Source: a virus (lineage: Duplodnaviria; Caudoviricetes). From it: DNA of 63,801 nucleotides. Below, piece by piece: positions 1 through 9,096 of this stretch. Position 1 is the first letter of the stretch, and each line of letters opens with the position of its first letter. The translations under genes were made by a program, and so were the position numbers. Under the pieces are notes generated by a model. It was not told the origin of the DNA, did not search any database, and saw nothing but the letters and a program-made list of their open reading frames with translations. Location: the IMG/VR virus record IMGVR_UViG_3300012953_000028, positions 1-63,801 of that record. One strand, 5' to 3'.

Positions 1-71
1 AAGACGAAGGCATATGTAAGTGGAGATTTCGGATAAACCTAAATACGGTTACACACCCTATACAAAATGGC

Positions 72-79
72 TATAAGTA
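72..79 (+). promoter_or_regulatory. Putative gp55-dependent late promoter TATAAGTA
   Basis: One mismatch to the T4 late consensus TATAAATA; the TAA(A/G)TA core recurs upstream of many genes in this window. Confidence 0.55.
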
Positions 80-115
80 TCAGTGAGCAATTAGACTTTG
101 CTCACTGATTTTTTT
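79..115 (+). terminator. Intrinsic terminator-like hairpin
   Basis: 12-bp stem ATCAGTGAGCAA (79-90) / TTGCTCACTGAT (98-109) with a 7-nt loop, followed by a T-run. Confidence 0.75.
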
Positions 116-131
116 ATGGAGAATATTCAAA

Positions 132-449
132 ATGACAGAAGAAGCAAATCAAACCGCTGAAGCACCTGCTGAAGCACCTGCTGGGAGTGCAGTACCAAAA
201 ACAGGTCTTAATTTAGAAGACTTAAAAGTTGTTTGTGGTGCTATTGAGATTGGTGCTAACAGAGGAGCTTACAGACCAAACGAATTTAAGGTAATTGGAG
301 AAGTATGGGAAAGAGTTACTGCTTTTATTAAGGCAACAGAACCAAAAGTTGCAGAAGCAGAAGCTAAAGCACAGGAAGGTGAAGTAAATGTTGAGCCTGT
401 AAATGCTGAGCCTGTAGCGGAAGTTACCGAAGATAATACAGGAAGCTAG
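132..449 (+). CDS. Hypothetical acidic protein
   Basis: 105-aa ORF with GGAG SD; Ala/Glu/Pro-rich termini; 12-bp tandem repeat GCTGAAGCACCT near the start. Confidence 0.8.
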   Translation: MTEEANQTAEAPAEAPAGSAVPKTGLNLEDLKVVCGAIEIGANRGAYRPNEFKVIGEVWERVTAFIKATEPKVAEAEAKAQEGEVNVEPVNAEPVAEVTEDNTGS

Positions 450-457
450 GAGATATT

Positions 458-1123
458 ATGGCTAAATTTATGAAGCACGTTGGACAGGACGGAAAAGGAG
501 GACCAGTAGTAGTGGTATTCCGTGAAGTACCAAATGATCCAGCAAGTGCTTTGGTAGTTAGGACATCTGAATTACCAGAGCTACATCATCAAGATCTTAT
601 GAAAGCAGTTGAAAGCCAACAAGGCCAAGATGCTAATGATATTGGTGACTTTTTGCATAGGCAAAAATTTAACGACGGGACTGATATGTTAGCAACAATT
701 CATGCTAAAGGTTGGTTAACTAAAATTCCTTGTAAGCAAGTTTTAATGATTCCAATGCCTGGACAATCAATTAATTTAGAAGACTTGAATAAAGAACTAA
801 AGCAAATTGAAAGAAACAAACTTCCAGGAATTCCTGGAAAACCAGGTGTTGCTACTCGTTCAGGTGATATTGCAAATGATGCAAATCAAGGCGGAAGCCC
901 TGGTGTATTAGATGATACTGCTATTGCCGCTAAACTTCGCAATCAAGCAACAACGTTTGAAGCAGAAGCTAAACGTCTAAGAGCAGAAGCAGAGGAATTA
1001 ATTCCATCGGGCAGTACTCCAAGTTTATCAACTGTTGATATTGTGAATGAGGTTGCAGAAGCTACTGTAACACCAAAGAAAAGAGGAAGGCCAAAGAAGG
1101 CTTCAGTCGAAGTAAACAATTAA
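458..1123 (+). CDS. Hypothetical protein with C-terminal AT-hook-like motif
   Basis: 221-aa ORF with AGGAG SD; coiled-coil segment and KKRGRPKK near the C-terminus. Confidence 0.8.
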   Translation: MAKFMKHVGQDGKGGPVVVVFREVPNDPASALVVRTSELPELHHQDLMKAVESQQGQDANDIGDFLHRQKFNDGTDMLATIHAKGWLTKIPCKQVLMIPMPGQSINLEDLNKELKQIERNKLPGIPGKPGVATRSGDIANDANQGGSPGVLDDTAIAAKLRNQATTFEAEAKRLRAEAEELIPSGSTPSLSTVDIVNEVAEATVTPKKRGRPKKASVEVNN

Positions 1124-1139
1124 GTTAAAGAAGAATATT

Positions 1140-1442
1140 ATGAGTATTCGTAAAAAGGATCGTAGCTTTGAAGAAATGCTACGAGAGATACAGGTAAACG
1201 AAGTACCTGTGGAATATATAGATTACATTCGTGTTTTTCTAGATGACGGGTCTCAAATTGTTTTTCGACAAAATGAACTAAGCGGTATTAATGATAGCGG
1301 TGATATTTTAGAGAGTAAACAGCTAGAGCAATATTTAGACCGTATTGTTGATTTTGAAGTTATGATGAATTCAGATCTAGTTAAAACAAAAGTAACAAGG
1401 TTTGTAGGAGCCTTACTAGCTACACATTTTTCGGAGAAATAA
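1140..1442 (+). CDS. Hypothetical protein
   Basis: 100-aa ORF tightly packed in the + operon. Confidence 0.75.
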   Translation: MSIRKKDRSFEEMLREIQVNEVPVEYIDYIRVFLDDGSQIVFRQNELSGINDSGDILESKQLEQYLDRIVDFEVMMNSDLVKTKVTRFVGALLATHFSEK

Positions 1443-1445
1443 TAT

Positions 1446-2078
1446 ATGGATTTTGTGTTTATTAATCCAAGTGAAATTGCAACAAGATTTTTTCAAGTGT
1501 TTGAAAGATCTCTTACGTTTGGTGTAAAAGTAACAGATGAATTTATTCCTCAATACGAGCCTTCTGAAGTTGGAGACCTTCCTTTGCTTGACTTTGGATT
1601 CCAAGGTGCCTTTGATACAATAGCCTGGGATAAGCCAGGAGTTGCATTACAAAAAATGCATAAGTTTAAAAATTTTAATTTAGAAGATTATCAAGATGAT
1701 GAAGTTCCTGACGGAGTTGTATTACTTGATATGATTTGTCATCAAAGAGTATATGCAGTAACCAGTCAGTGGTTAAGACAAGATGGTAAATGGACTTTAC
1801 AACGTAATGCTGACGTTAATGATGATAAGCACGGATATAAAGCTCTTGCTATTGAAGAAATAGAGAAAAGGAGATTATATGGCACGGTGCAAACATACAT
1901 TTATCCTGATAACTCTGTTAAATTTAAACTTCATCCAGTTGACATGGCTTACATCATTAGTAAAGAAATTGTTAACAGACATTGGATTACAATCTATCCA
2001 TCTTTAGTAGCCAACAGAAATAGGCCCGAAGTTAGTAGTTATTTGTTTAAGGCTTGGATAGATAAAACTTCTATTTAG
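1446..2078 (+). CDS. Hypothetical protein
   Basis: 210-aa ORF with GGAG SD, 3 nt after the previous stop. Confidence 0.75.
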   Translation: MDFVFINPSEIATRFFQVFERSLTFGVKVTDEFIPQYEPSEVGDLPLLDFGFQGAFDTIAWDKPGVALQKMHKFKNFNLEDYQDDEVPDGVVLLDMICHQRVYAVTSQWLRQDGKWTLQRNADVNDDKHGYKALAIEEIEKRRLYGTVQTYIYPDNSVKFKLHPVDMAYIISKEIVNRHWITIYPSLVANRNRPEVSSYLFKAWIDKTSI

Positions 2079-2532
2079 AGTACATTCTATAACTACCAAA
2101 TAATAAATCCCAAATAGGAATAAACAATCCATAGTTTTTAAATGGTTCTGCATGATGTACTAGATGCCATTTTCCAGATGTAATTGCTGGATACCAACTA
2201 AATTTAGGATTGTGCTCAATGACCTCTTGTAAGAAAGCCGCCCAAAAATAGTAAGCAATGCTAATCCACCATTCACCTGTTATGTAACTAAAAATTAAAG
2301 TAGGTATAACTTCTGTAATCCAAAGGTCTAAAGTTGATAACCAGGTGTCATTAAACAGAAAACAATTATTCCAATGCCATTGTGTTCCGCCTGTAGTGTT
2401 AATGTATTTGTGATGGTCGTTATGGGCTTTATAAGATACAGGAAACCATCTACGTCCGTGAACATGAATAGTACGATGTATAATATAAAGTAATAGAGTC
2501 CATAATAAAAATGTAAGTATCATATGCATCAT
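2071..2532 (-). CDS. Fatty acid hydroxylase / sterol desaturase family membrane protein
   Basis: His boxes HRTIH, HNDHH, EH and HLVHH plus NYGLF..WD.LFG tail; hydrophobic segments; start moved to the ATG at 2532, downstream of a late-promoter motif. Confidence 0.85.
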   Translation of the reverse strand: MMHMILTFLLWTLLLYIIHRTIHVHGRRWFPVSYKAHNDHHKYINTTGGTQWHWNNCFLFNDTWLSTLDLWITEVIPTLIFSYITGEWWISIAYYFWAAFLQEVIEHNPKFSWYPAITSGKWHLVHHAEPFKNYGLFIPIWDLLFGSYRMYSK

Positions 2533-2534
2533 TG

Positions 2535-2586
2535 TACTACTATTTATTTGGTTAGACGTTTTTAGCCTTTCCAATAAATAGTAGTA
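2535..2586. promoter_or_regulatory. Divergent pair of late promoters forming a 14-bp inverted repeat
   Basis: TACTACTATTTATT (2535-2548) is the exact reverse complement of AATAAATAGTAGTA (2573-2586); each copy contains ATAAATA pointing at a gene. Confidence 0.7.
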
Positions 2587-3167
2587 TGGACAGGCTTTGG
2601 CAAAAAATTGACGATATTCCTAATATACAAGACTTAGTGTTTAGAATTAATAAGTCTTTGTATTTGCATAAAATTAATAAAACAGTAACAATTCAATCAC
2701 CCGAGTATAAATTTTTTGGAATGATAAAAAAGTTTATAGAAGAAAATCCCCATCCAGTATGGAATGGTTTAACTTTAAAGTCTGGACTAATTTTTGTCTT
2801 ACCTAAGGATAAAGCACAAGGTCTGCATATTGATGGTTTTAGAGCAGACAGATCAGGAGCATCAGATTATGCATTAAATATTCCAATTCGTAACTGTGGT
2901 ATTGGTAGTATGGATTGGCATGGAGGAGCACCATATCATATGGAAGTTCAAAAAATAGCAGATGCAACTGTAATGGGAAGAAAAACAAACTCTAACAAAT
3001 ACTTAAAACTTATATGGGAAGGAGAACATAGAGTAATTGATTCTGTAACAATTACAACTCCTCATTTAGTTAGAATTGACGTTCCGCATCAAGCAATAAA
3101 CTTATGCAAAGAAAATCCTAGAATAATGCTTTCTATTAGGTTTAAACCAGACTTAAAATGGATATAA
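2586..3167 (+). CDS. 2OG/Fe(II)-dependent oxygenase-like (cupin/DSBH) protein
   Basis: HID motif, ALNIPI strand, distal PH and R-x-x-L-S-I-R-F ending. Confidence 0.7.
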   Translation: MDRLWQKIDDIPNIQDLVFRINKSLYLHKINKTVTIQSPEYKFFGMIKKFIEENPHPVWNGLTLKSGLIFVLPKDKAQGLHIDGFRADRSGASDYALNIPIRNCGIGSMDWHGGAPYHMEVQKIADATVMGRKTNSNKYLKLIWEGEHRVIDSVTITTPHLVRIDVPHQAINLCKENPRIMLSIRFKPDLKWI

Positions 3168-3193
3168 AATAATATAGTATAGAAGGAGTTAAC

Positions 3194-4177
3194 ATGACTA
3201 TATCTTTAAAACTATCAGATGCGCCAGAAGAAATACCTGTCGCTAACTCTTTACATAGAAGAGCCCCTTTTATGAAAAGTACATTACAACCCCGAGAACC
3301 TTACCCTAGTTTAATTAAACTAGAACTAACAGAAACTGATACCGATTTATTAATTAAAGATACCTTACAGGCTTTAGACAATGTAGGTATGTTTGGATAT
3401 AGACTAAGAGGTAAAAGACCAGATGGGTCATTAAAAAGTGATACTGGTTATTTAGGAATGGGACTAACATATAATCCATTACACATTGACGGAATTGAAA
3501 CAGATCCACATGAGCAAGTACAAGGAAATCACTTTAAACATATTAAGCAGGAATTTGGTGCAAAGTCAGGAGATGGTCGTGTTAGTCCTTATAGTAGAAT
3601 GGATCAATCAGAGGCTAGAAGAATTGCAGTAAGGAAAGATACACATTATGATACCTATAGTATGGCTTTCCGTACAGAAGGTAGCAGGTATGGATACTTA
3701 GGAACTTTTCTAGATGGATTAAAAAGAAGCATGGTTAGGTCAAGTCTTCGTATAATTTCTTCTCATGGTTCTACACAAGCAATGGGTCAAAAAGGAGCAG
3801 AACGTGCAACACAAAGGCCAGGAGTTGCCTGGCACACAGACGAGATGATGTTTAATAATCTAAGAATTAATATTGCTATTAAAACATCTAAAGAGTTTGT
3901 ACTAGAACAACAAACAAACGTAGGAAAACTAATTCATTTAGAAGCTCCGTATGCATATAGTTGGGACACAGGAATTCCACACCGTGCTTATTGCTCGGAG
4001 AAACCTGCAGAACCTTTTTTCCGTACACATATTATGTTAGGTGTTGCTCCTTGGTTTGACTTTAACGAAGAAACAGAGACCTGGACACAAAACGAATTCT
4101 ACGAGAAAAAGCATCCATGGGATATGTTATGTGACGGAGATATTATTCCTGGTGCAAAATTGGTTAGACAAGATTAA
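3194..4177 (+). CDS. 2OG/Fe(II) oxygenase, Asp/Asn beta-hydroxylase-like
   Basis: WHTD...LRINIAI...WDTGIPHRA...RTHIMLG pattern; AAGGAG SD. Confidence 0.7.
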   Translation: MTISLKLSDAPEEIPVANSLHRRAPFMKSTLQPREPYPSLIKLELTETDTDLLIKDTLQALDNVGMFGYRLRGKRPDGSLKSDTGYLGMGLTYNPLHIDGIETDPHEQVQGNHFKHIKQEFGAKSGDGRVSPYSRMDQSEARRIAVRKDTHYDTYSMAFRTEGSRYGYLGTFLDGLKRSMVRSSLRIISSHGSTQAMGQKGAERATQRPGVAWHTDEMMFNNLRINIAIKTSKEFVLEQQTNVGKLIHLEAPYAYSWDTGIPHRAYCSEKPAEPFFRTHIMLGVAPWFDFNEETETWTQNEFYEKKHPWDMLCDGDIIPGAKLVRQD

Positions 4178-4215
4178 ATTATTATATTAAGTAAAGTAAC
4201 AACGGAGTAACATTT

Positions 4216-4845
4216 ATGGAACAACATTGGGTTGCTTTAGCCACTACCGCTGAAAATAGTATCCTGGCTTGGTCTCAAGAGTTAAATATATTAGAGCAAG
4301 CCTGCTCTGGAGAATTTCGTGCTATATGTAGAGTATACGGTGTAACAGGAGAAGAACTTGCACTTCTCAGATCTAACAAACTTGACTATAAATTACAATA
4401 CATAGATGCTAGAACTACTAAGTTCATTGGCGAAGAAGATAGAGATAACGATACTATAGTTCTTAGCAAAAAACTTCTTGCTAGAGTAATGCTAACAACA
4501 GAGCTACATCAAAGATTAGAACACGGATATAAACGTTTCCAAAATCTTGTTCCTTGGCAACAAGAAGCATACTTAATAAAAGAAGAACAAGCCAGACGTG
4601 TACTTAAAGGAGATACATCTGATATAGGTTTTATAGAAGATGAAGCACAATTTAGAAATCTCCCTCTAGACTCTGTCGCTAAATTAATTGTAGCAAAAGC
4701 AGACAATTTGAAATTTCAAATAAGGAAGCTAGAAAGAATTCGTGTTAAAACCCAAATGGCAATTAATGCTATTTCAACTAAAGAGGATGTTCAAGAACTT
4801 CGACAACGGTTAGGCGAAGAAACTTTCTTGAGTATGTTAATGTAA
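4216..4845 (+). CDS. Helical protein resembling phage tail-fibre-associated/assembly proteins
   Basis: QEAYLIKEEQARRVL...EAQFRNL...AKLIVAKA pattern recalled from tail-fibre-adjacent phage proteins; TAATG overlap with the next gene. Confidence 0.5.
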   Translation: MEQHWVALATTAENSILAWSQELNILEQACSGEFRAICRVYGVTGEELALLRSNKLDYKLQYIDARTTKFIGEEDRDNDTIVLSKKLLARVMLTTELHQRLEHGYKRFQNLVPWQQEAYLIKEEQARRVLKGDTSDIGFIEDEAQFRNLPLDSVAKLIVAKADNLKFQIRKLERIRVKTQMAINAISTKEDVQELRQRLGEETFLSMLM

Positions 4846-5903
4846 TGAAAAATCTATTATACTATATTCCATATAGAATTTTAAATTCTGAAAAAAGTAC
4901 TAACCTAAGTAACGTACAAAAAGACTTTTTAGGTATGTTTAATACTTGGATTAGTTTAAGCGACAGAACAGGTACACTTGACTTAGGAATACCTGTTTTT
5001 AATAATAGTCCAATTCCAGAGAAACAATCACCAGAGAGTTTTGAAAGTTGTTCTGTTAGTAGGATGACTGAAATTATTAAGTCTTTTCAAAACAACAAAG
5101 ACAAAGAAAAGTTAGTTCTTATGTATTCTGGAGGTATTGATAGTACGTTAATTGCTTGTTTATTAATATCTAGTCCTTACTGGGACGATATCAAAGAACA
5201 TGTATTGTTGGCTTTTAATGAAGATAGTCAACTTGAAAATCCTAAATTTTTTCATAATGTAATATTAGATAAATTTGGACATTGTTTAATTTCTAGTAAT
5301 AACTTTTATGATATTGTTACTAATCCTAAATATAGTGTAATTACAGGCGAGTGTGCAGATAACTTATTTGGAAGTTTAACAGTTAAAAGCTATATGGATG
5401 CAACAGGAAAGTTTGATTGTTTACATGAAAGTTGGGAAACAGGTTGCTTAGATTGGTTACTAGATAAATCTAACAAAGAGACTAGAGACGAACGTGAGCA
5501 AATGTTATATGATTTGGTAAATGCTAGTCCTATTGATATTGCTACTAACCATGAATTCTTATGGTGGATTAACTTCAGTATGAAATGGCAGGCAGTTAAG
5601 TATCGTATGGGTATGCATTCTCCTAATAAAGAACAAGCAGAATATATGTGTGAGAATGTTATTAACTTTTTTGATACTATAGATTACCAAGTATGGGCAT
5701 TATACACAGAAGAACAGAAGTTAGGAGATACTTGGTCTAGTTATAAACTTCCTGCAAAGAAATTAATCAACGAAGTATTTGAAGACGAGAAGTATCTTGT
5801 TCATAAAACAAAATGGCCTAGTCTACCAACTATTACACGTTACAATAATGCTTGGGGTTATCTATATGAAGAAGACGGAAAACTAAGTGTTTCCAAATAT
5901 TGA
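4845..5903 (+). CDS. Asparagine-synthetase-like ATP pyrophosphatase / amide ligase (no GATase domain)
   Basis: PP-loop YSGGIDS, TGECADNLFG, late K-x-x-x-K and K motifs. Confidence 0.8.
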   Translation: MKNLLYYIPYRILNSEKSTNLSNVQKDFLGMFNTWISLSDRTGTLDLGIPVFNNSPIPEKQSPESFESCSVSRMTEIIKSFQNNKDKEKLVLMYSGGIDSTLIACLLISSPYWDDIKEHVLLAFNEDSQLENPKFFHNVILDKFGHCLISSNNFYDIVTNPKYSVITGECADNLFGSLTVKSYMDATGKFDCLHESWETGCLDWLLDKSNKETRDEREQMLYDLVNASPIDIATNHEFLWWINFSMKWQAVKYRMGMHSPNKEQAEYMCENVINFFDTIDYQVWALYTEEQKLGDTWSSYKLPAKKLINEVFEDEKYLVHKTKWPSLPTITRYNNAWGYLYEEDGKLSVSKY

Positions 5904-6689
5904 TTTTTTGCTTTTTAATTTATAGTTAATTTTTTTCTTAAACTCTTCTTTAAAAACTCCATCAACTCTAATACTAAAAGCAGAGTATGGACTTGCATCA
6001 CTTCCATGATAGTTAGCAGTATCAAACCATGCTACTTGGCTTTTAATATAGTGCTTTGTGTTAGTATCTTTATCTTCTACAAAAAATGCTTTCCGGTCCA
6101 TAAACATATTAATCCAAATAAATTCGTCTGGATCAGTAACTCTATTTAAAGGATTATGATCTCTATGTGTTATACATTGTTGATCTTGATCGTTGTAAAA
6201 TATTAGAGTTCTGCCAATTTCACTAAAAATATTTTGTTCGTCTACCCAATCCATAAAAAACTTAAAGTTTTCATAAAAGGGTCCTTCTTTGTTATTTTTT
6301 GCTAAATGTTTATCTGCATAGTCTTTTGTAATAGGTTGTTTAATAAACATATTATAACCAATACCTTGTGCTTCAGTTATTAGCTTTATAAATGTCAATG
6401 CATAACTAGGTTTGCCTGTAGCAAGGTATTCATGTACTTGTTCGTGTCCTGGTGCAGTATTATCTTCTGCAATTCTTTTTAAGGCTGTAGATAACTCCTC
6501 TCCTGGGTTTTCTTCTGGCCAGTTTAGTCCGGCGCCTGCTACAGCCGGAAGTACTTGACAGCCTACTTTTAATCCTAACCAAGAGTCAGCAAATGCTTTG
6601 CATAGTTTTATTTTTAAATTATTAAGCCCTTCAATATCAATATGTTTGTCTAAGTTAACATAAGGCTTTCCATTAATTTTGTATATCAT
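5883..6689 (-). CDS. 2OG/Fe(II) oxygenase-like protein
   Basis: HRD...FIWI...WFD..NYHG...FSIRVDG. Confidence 0.65.
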   Translation of the reverse strand: MIYKINGKPYVNLDKHIDIEGLNNLKIKLCKAFADSWLGLKVGCQVLPAVAGAGLNWPEENPGEELSTALKRIAEDNTAPGHEQVHEYLATGKPSYALTFIKLITEAQGIGYNMFIKQPITKDYADKHLAKNNKEGPFYENFKFFMDWVDEQNIFSEIGRTLIFYNDQDQQCITHRDHNPLNRVTDPDEFIWINMFMDRKAFFVEDKDTNTKHYIKSQVAWFDTANYHGSDASPYSAFSIRVDGVFKEEFKKKINYKLKSKKSIFGNT

Positions 6690-7545
6690 ACAGTTCGAAC
6701 TTCTCTACAATCTCTTTCATTTCTCTGTTACTAATTCCACCAAACCTATTACCTAATTCGTCTAAGTTCTTCATATCTACTTCTCTGAACATAAGATACT
6801 TAACTAAGTCAAGTTCTTGCCTGCTTAATTTTACTCCCTGCTCTTGATAGTCTTCAAATGCTTCACTTGCAATAGGAAACTTTTCTTTTACCATAGAATA
6901 CATTACTCTGGCATATTCTTGTATTTCCCATTGTGCATGACTATCCATTCTAAGTCTTGCATAATGAAAAAAGTTTTTAAGATCAATTTTCCAATAACAT
7001 TCTGTATATCCTCCTACTGGAAGAACTTGCCTCGCAGTCTCTCTAGCCAAGTCAAGGTTGTTGGAATGCTCTGCGTAGATTGTATATGCACTAGACCACG
7101 ACTCGTTAAGATCGTTGCAGATTCTTTGTTTTGTGTTATCGTCGAGTTCTCCTTCTCTACCTTGCTTATTGGTTGAACTTTGAGGTTTGATGTTTTCTGA
7201 CTCGGGTATATAGACTTCGTCTGTAAGAACCGAGTACCTGGCCGAATATTCATTTAGTGATGCCGTCCTATGTCTAACTAATTGTCTCATTACAAAGATA
7301 GGCAATTTGATATGAAACTTTACCTCGCACATTTCGAATGGCGTAGTATGTTCGTGACGCATTAGATAACGTATTAAGTTTTTATCAGTACTTGCTTTCT
7401 TAGTACCTTCGCCATAACTTACTCTAGCGGCTTGTACTATTGAGTTGTCTGTGCCCATACAGTCTACTAAACCAACAAATCCTTTATCTAATACTTCAAC
7501 GTAATTCGGGTCATTCTTAAAATCTATCTCCGAACGTAATGTCAT
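6673..7545 (-). CDS. thyX: FAD-dependent thymidylate synthase
   Basis: IVQAARVSY, H.TPFE, signature RHRTASLNEYSARY, E.AR..LP, HAQWEI. Confidence 0.97.
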   Translation of the reverse strand: MTLRSEIDFKNDPNYVEVLDKGFVGLVDCMGTDNSIVQAARVSYGEGTKKASTDKNLIRYLMRHEHTTPFEMCEVKFHIKLPIFVMRQLVRHRTASLNEYSARYSVLTDEVYIPESENIKPQSSTNKQGREGELDDNTKQRICNDLNESWSSAYTIYAEHSNNLDLARETARQVLPVGGYTECYWKIDLKNFFHYARLRMDSHAQWEIQEYARVMYSMVKEKFPIASEAFEDYQEQGVKLSRQELDLVKYLMFREVDMKNLDELGNRFGGISNREMKEIVEKFELYDIQN

Positions 7546-8453
7546 GTTGTTTCCTTTACTTCTAACTGTCTTTCTATTATAGCATTTTTTCTGTTACCCC
7601 ACAACCTTTTTATTTCCGACCAAGGCGCAAATGGTAACATTATAATTAAACATGGATCAAATTCGTGCCATCTTCCGCTTACACTTGCTCCAAAGTCAAA
7701 ACTACTTGCTTCTCTGTGATGATTGTTATGCCAGCCACTTCCCCAATGGAAGTATCCTATAGGCCAACAGTTTGTACTACAATCTTTATTATTAAAATTC
7801 TGATATCCAGCGGCTGGAACATGCCCAAATGTATTAACCATGCCATCCATATGTAAACTAGACAATGAGCCTACAATCCAAAACCAAAATGTAAACTGCC
7901 AACCAAATAACAATAAGCTGGCAAGTAATGTTCCGTAGATAATCTTATTGTAGTGATTATGTAACCATACAATTTTCTTATCTCTTAACAAATCAACAGC
8001 ATAGCGAAAACTTACACTATCTTGTTTAATTTCAAATTGCCAACCCATGTAACTATGCCACCATCCGTTTTCAACTGGAGTATGTATATCCTTACCTGGC
8101 TGATCACTAACTTTATGATGGTGTCCTCTATGTAAAGATGCCCACCATAACGGACTGCCTTCACCTACCATAACTGCTAACCAATACAAGAATGGTTTCA
8201 TCCACTCACGTGGCTTCCAAGACTTATGGCTTAACAGCCTGTGTAGTGTTAGGTTATTCCCAATACCATCTAATGTAATCCATCCGCATACTGCGGCACC
8301 TAAGTACCACCATTGCCAATCTGTTACTGCAAGATACGGAATCAATATTAAAGCAAGTAAATGGTATGGTAACCAAATTGCTAAAATAAATGGTATCTGA
8401 TTTGTCTTTTTATATAGGTCTATTTGCCCTTGTATCCAAGCTCTAACTGTCAT
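7542..8453 (-). CDS. Delta-9-type acyl-lipid/acyl-CoA desaturase
   Basis: Three His boxes HRLLSH, HRGHH and WHNNHH; D.HTP; transmembrane segments; DP near the C-terminus. Confidence 0.92.
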   Translation of the reverse strand: MTVRAWIQGQIDLYKKTNQIPFILAIWLPYHLLALILIPYLAVTDWQWWYLGAAVCGWITLDGIGNNLTLHRLLSHKSWKPREWMKPFLYWLAVMVGEGSPLWWASLHRGHHHKVSDQPGKDIHTPVENGWWHSYMGWQFEIKQDSVSFRYAVDLLRDKKIVWLHNHYNKIIYGTLLASLLLFGWQFTFWFWIVGSLSSLHMDGMVNTFGHVPAAGYQNFNNKDCSTNCWPIGYFHWGSGWHNNHHREASSFDFGASVSGRWHEFDPCLIIMLPFAPWSEIKRLWGNRKNAIIERQLEVKETT

Positions 8454-9096
8454 TAATTCTCCTATTTCTTCTAATTGCTTTTCCGCCTTTTGATGGGGCT
8501 TCTGTGTCTGATCTTCGTAGTATATATCTTCTAAAGTTCATATTATGAGGATGTAGTGTTCTTCCTAGCAATTCGTTAACTAAGCTATAGTGTGTTAATG
8601 TTTTTGCTGGAATTGTCATTTCAACAAATGTATAATATCTTTCTCTTAAAAATAACATAATACGGCTATACGGATCTTCTCTGTCTTCTGGGTAAGTTAA
8701 AAAGAATTCATTTAATCCTATTGCTTCATGTATATTACATAGTTCTGTTACAATTTCTCTAAACATTGGAACAAATTTTATTCCCATAGAAGGAGATAAA
8801 ATCCAAGCAAAACACCAACTAGGAGAATGAGGTAAGCGTCTTACTCCTACTGCTGAAATTAGTTCATCATTTTTATATACTCCCCAACAAGCTCGCTGAC
8901 TAAAGTTTTTAAACTTCTCAGGATCTAACATAAACATTCTAAAAAACTTTTCTCTTTCTTTAACCTGATCAATATCAAATCCTACTCTAAAGTCTGGATA
9001 TTTACTAGGATCTACTCCGTCATAGATGCTATCAGCAAGTTCTAAAACTTGTTGTAAGTCATTGTGATTAAACTGTTTTAATTGATATGCTGACAT
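8443..9096 (-). CDS. Putative GNAT-fold acyltransferase
   Basis: WGVYKNDELISAVG beta-hairpin and overall GNAT-like pattern; weak. Confidence 0.45.
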   Translation of the reverse strand: MSAYQLKQFNHNDLQQVLELADSIYDGVDPSKYPDFRVGFDIDQVKEREKFFRMFMLDPEKFKNFSQRACWGVYKNDELISAVGVRRLPHSPSWCFAWILSPSMGIKFVPMFREIVTELCNIHEAIGLNEFFLTYPEDREDPYSRIMLFLRERYYTFVEMTIPAKTLTHYSLVNELLGRTLHPHNMNFRRYILRRSDTEAPSKGGKAIRRNRRINDS

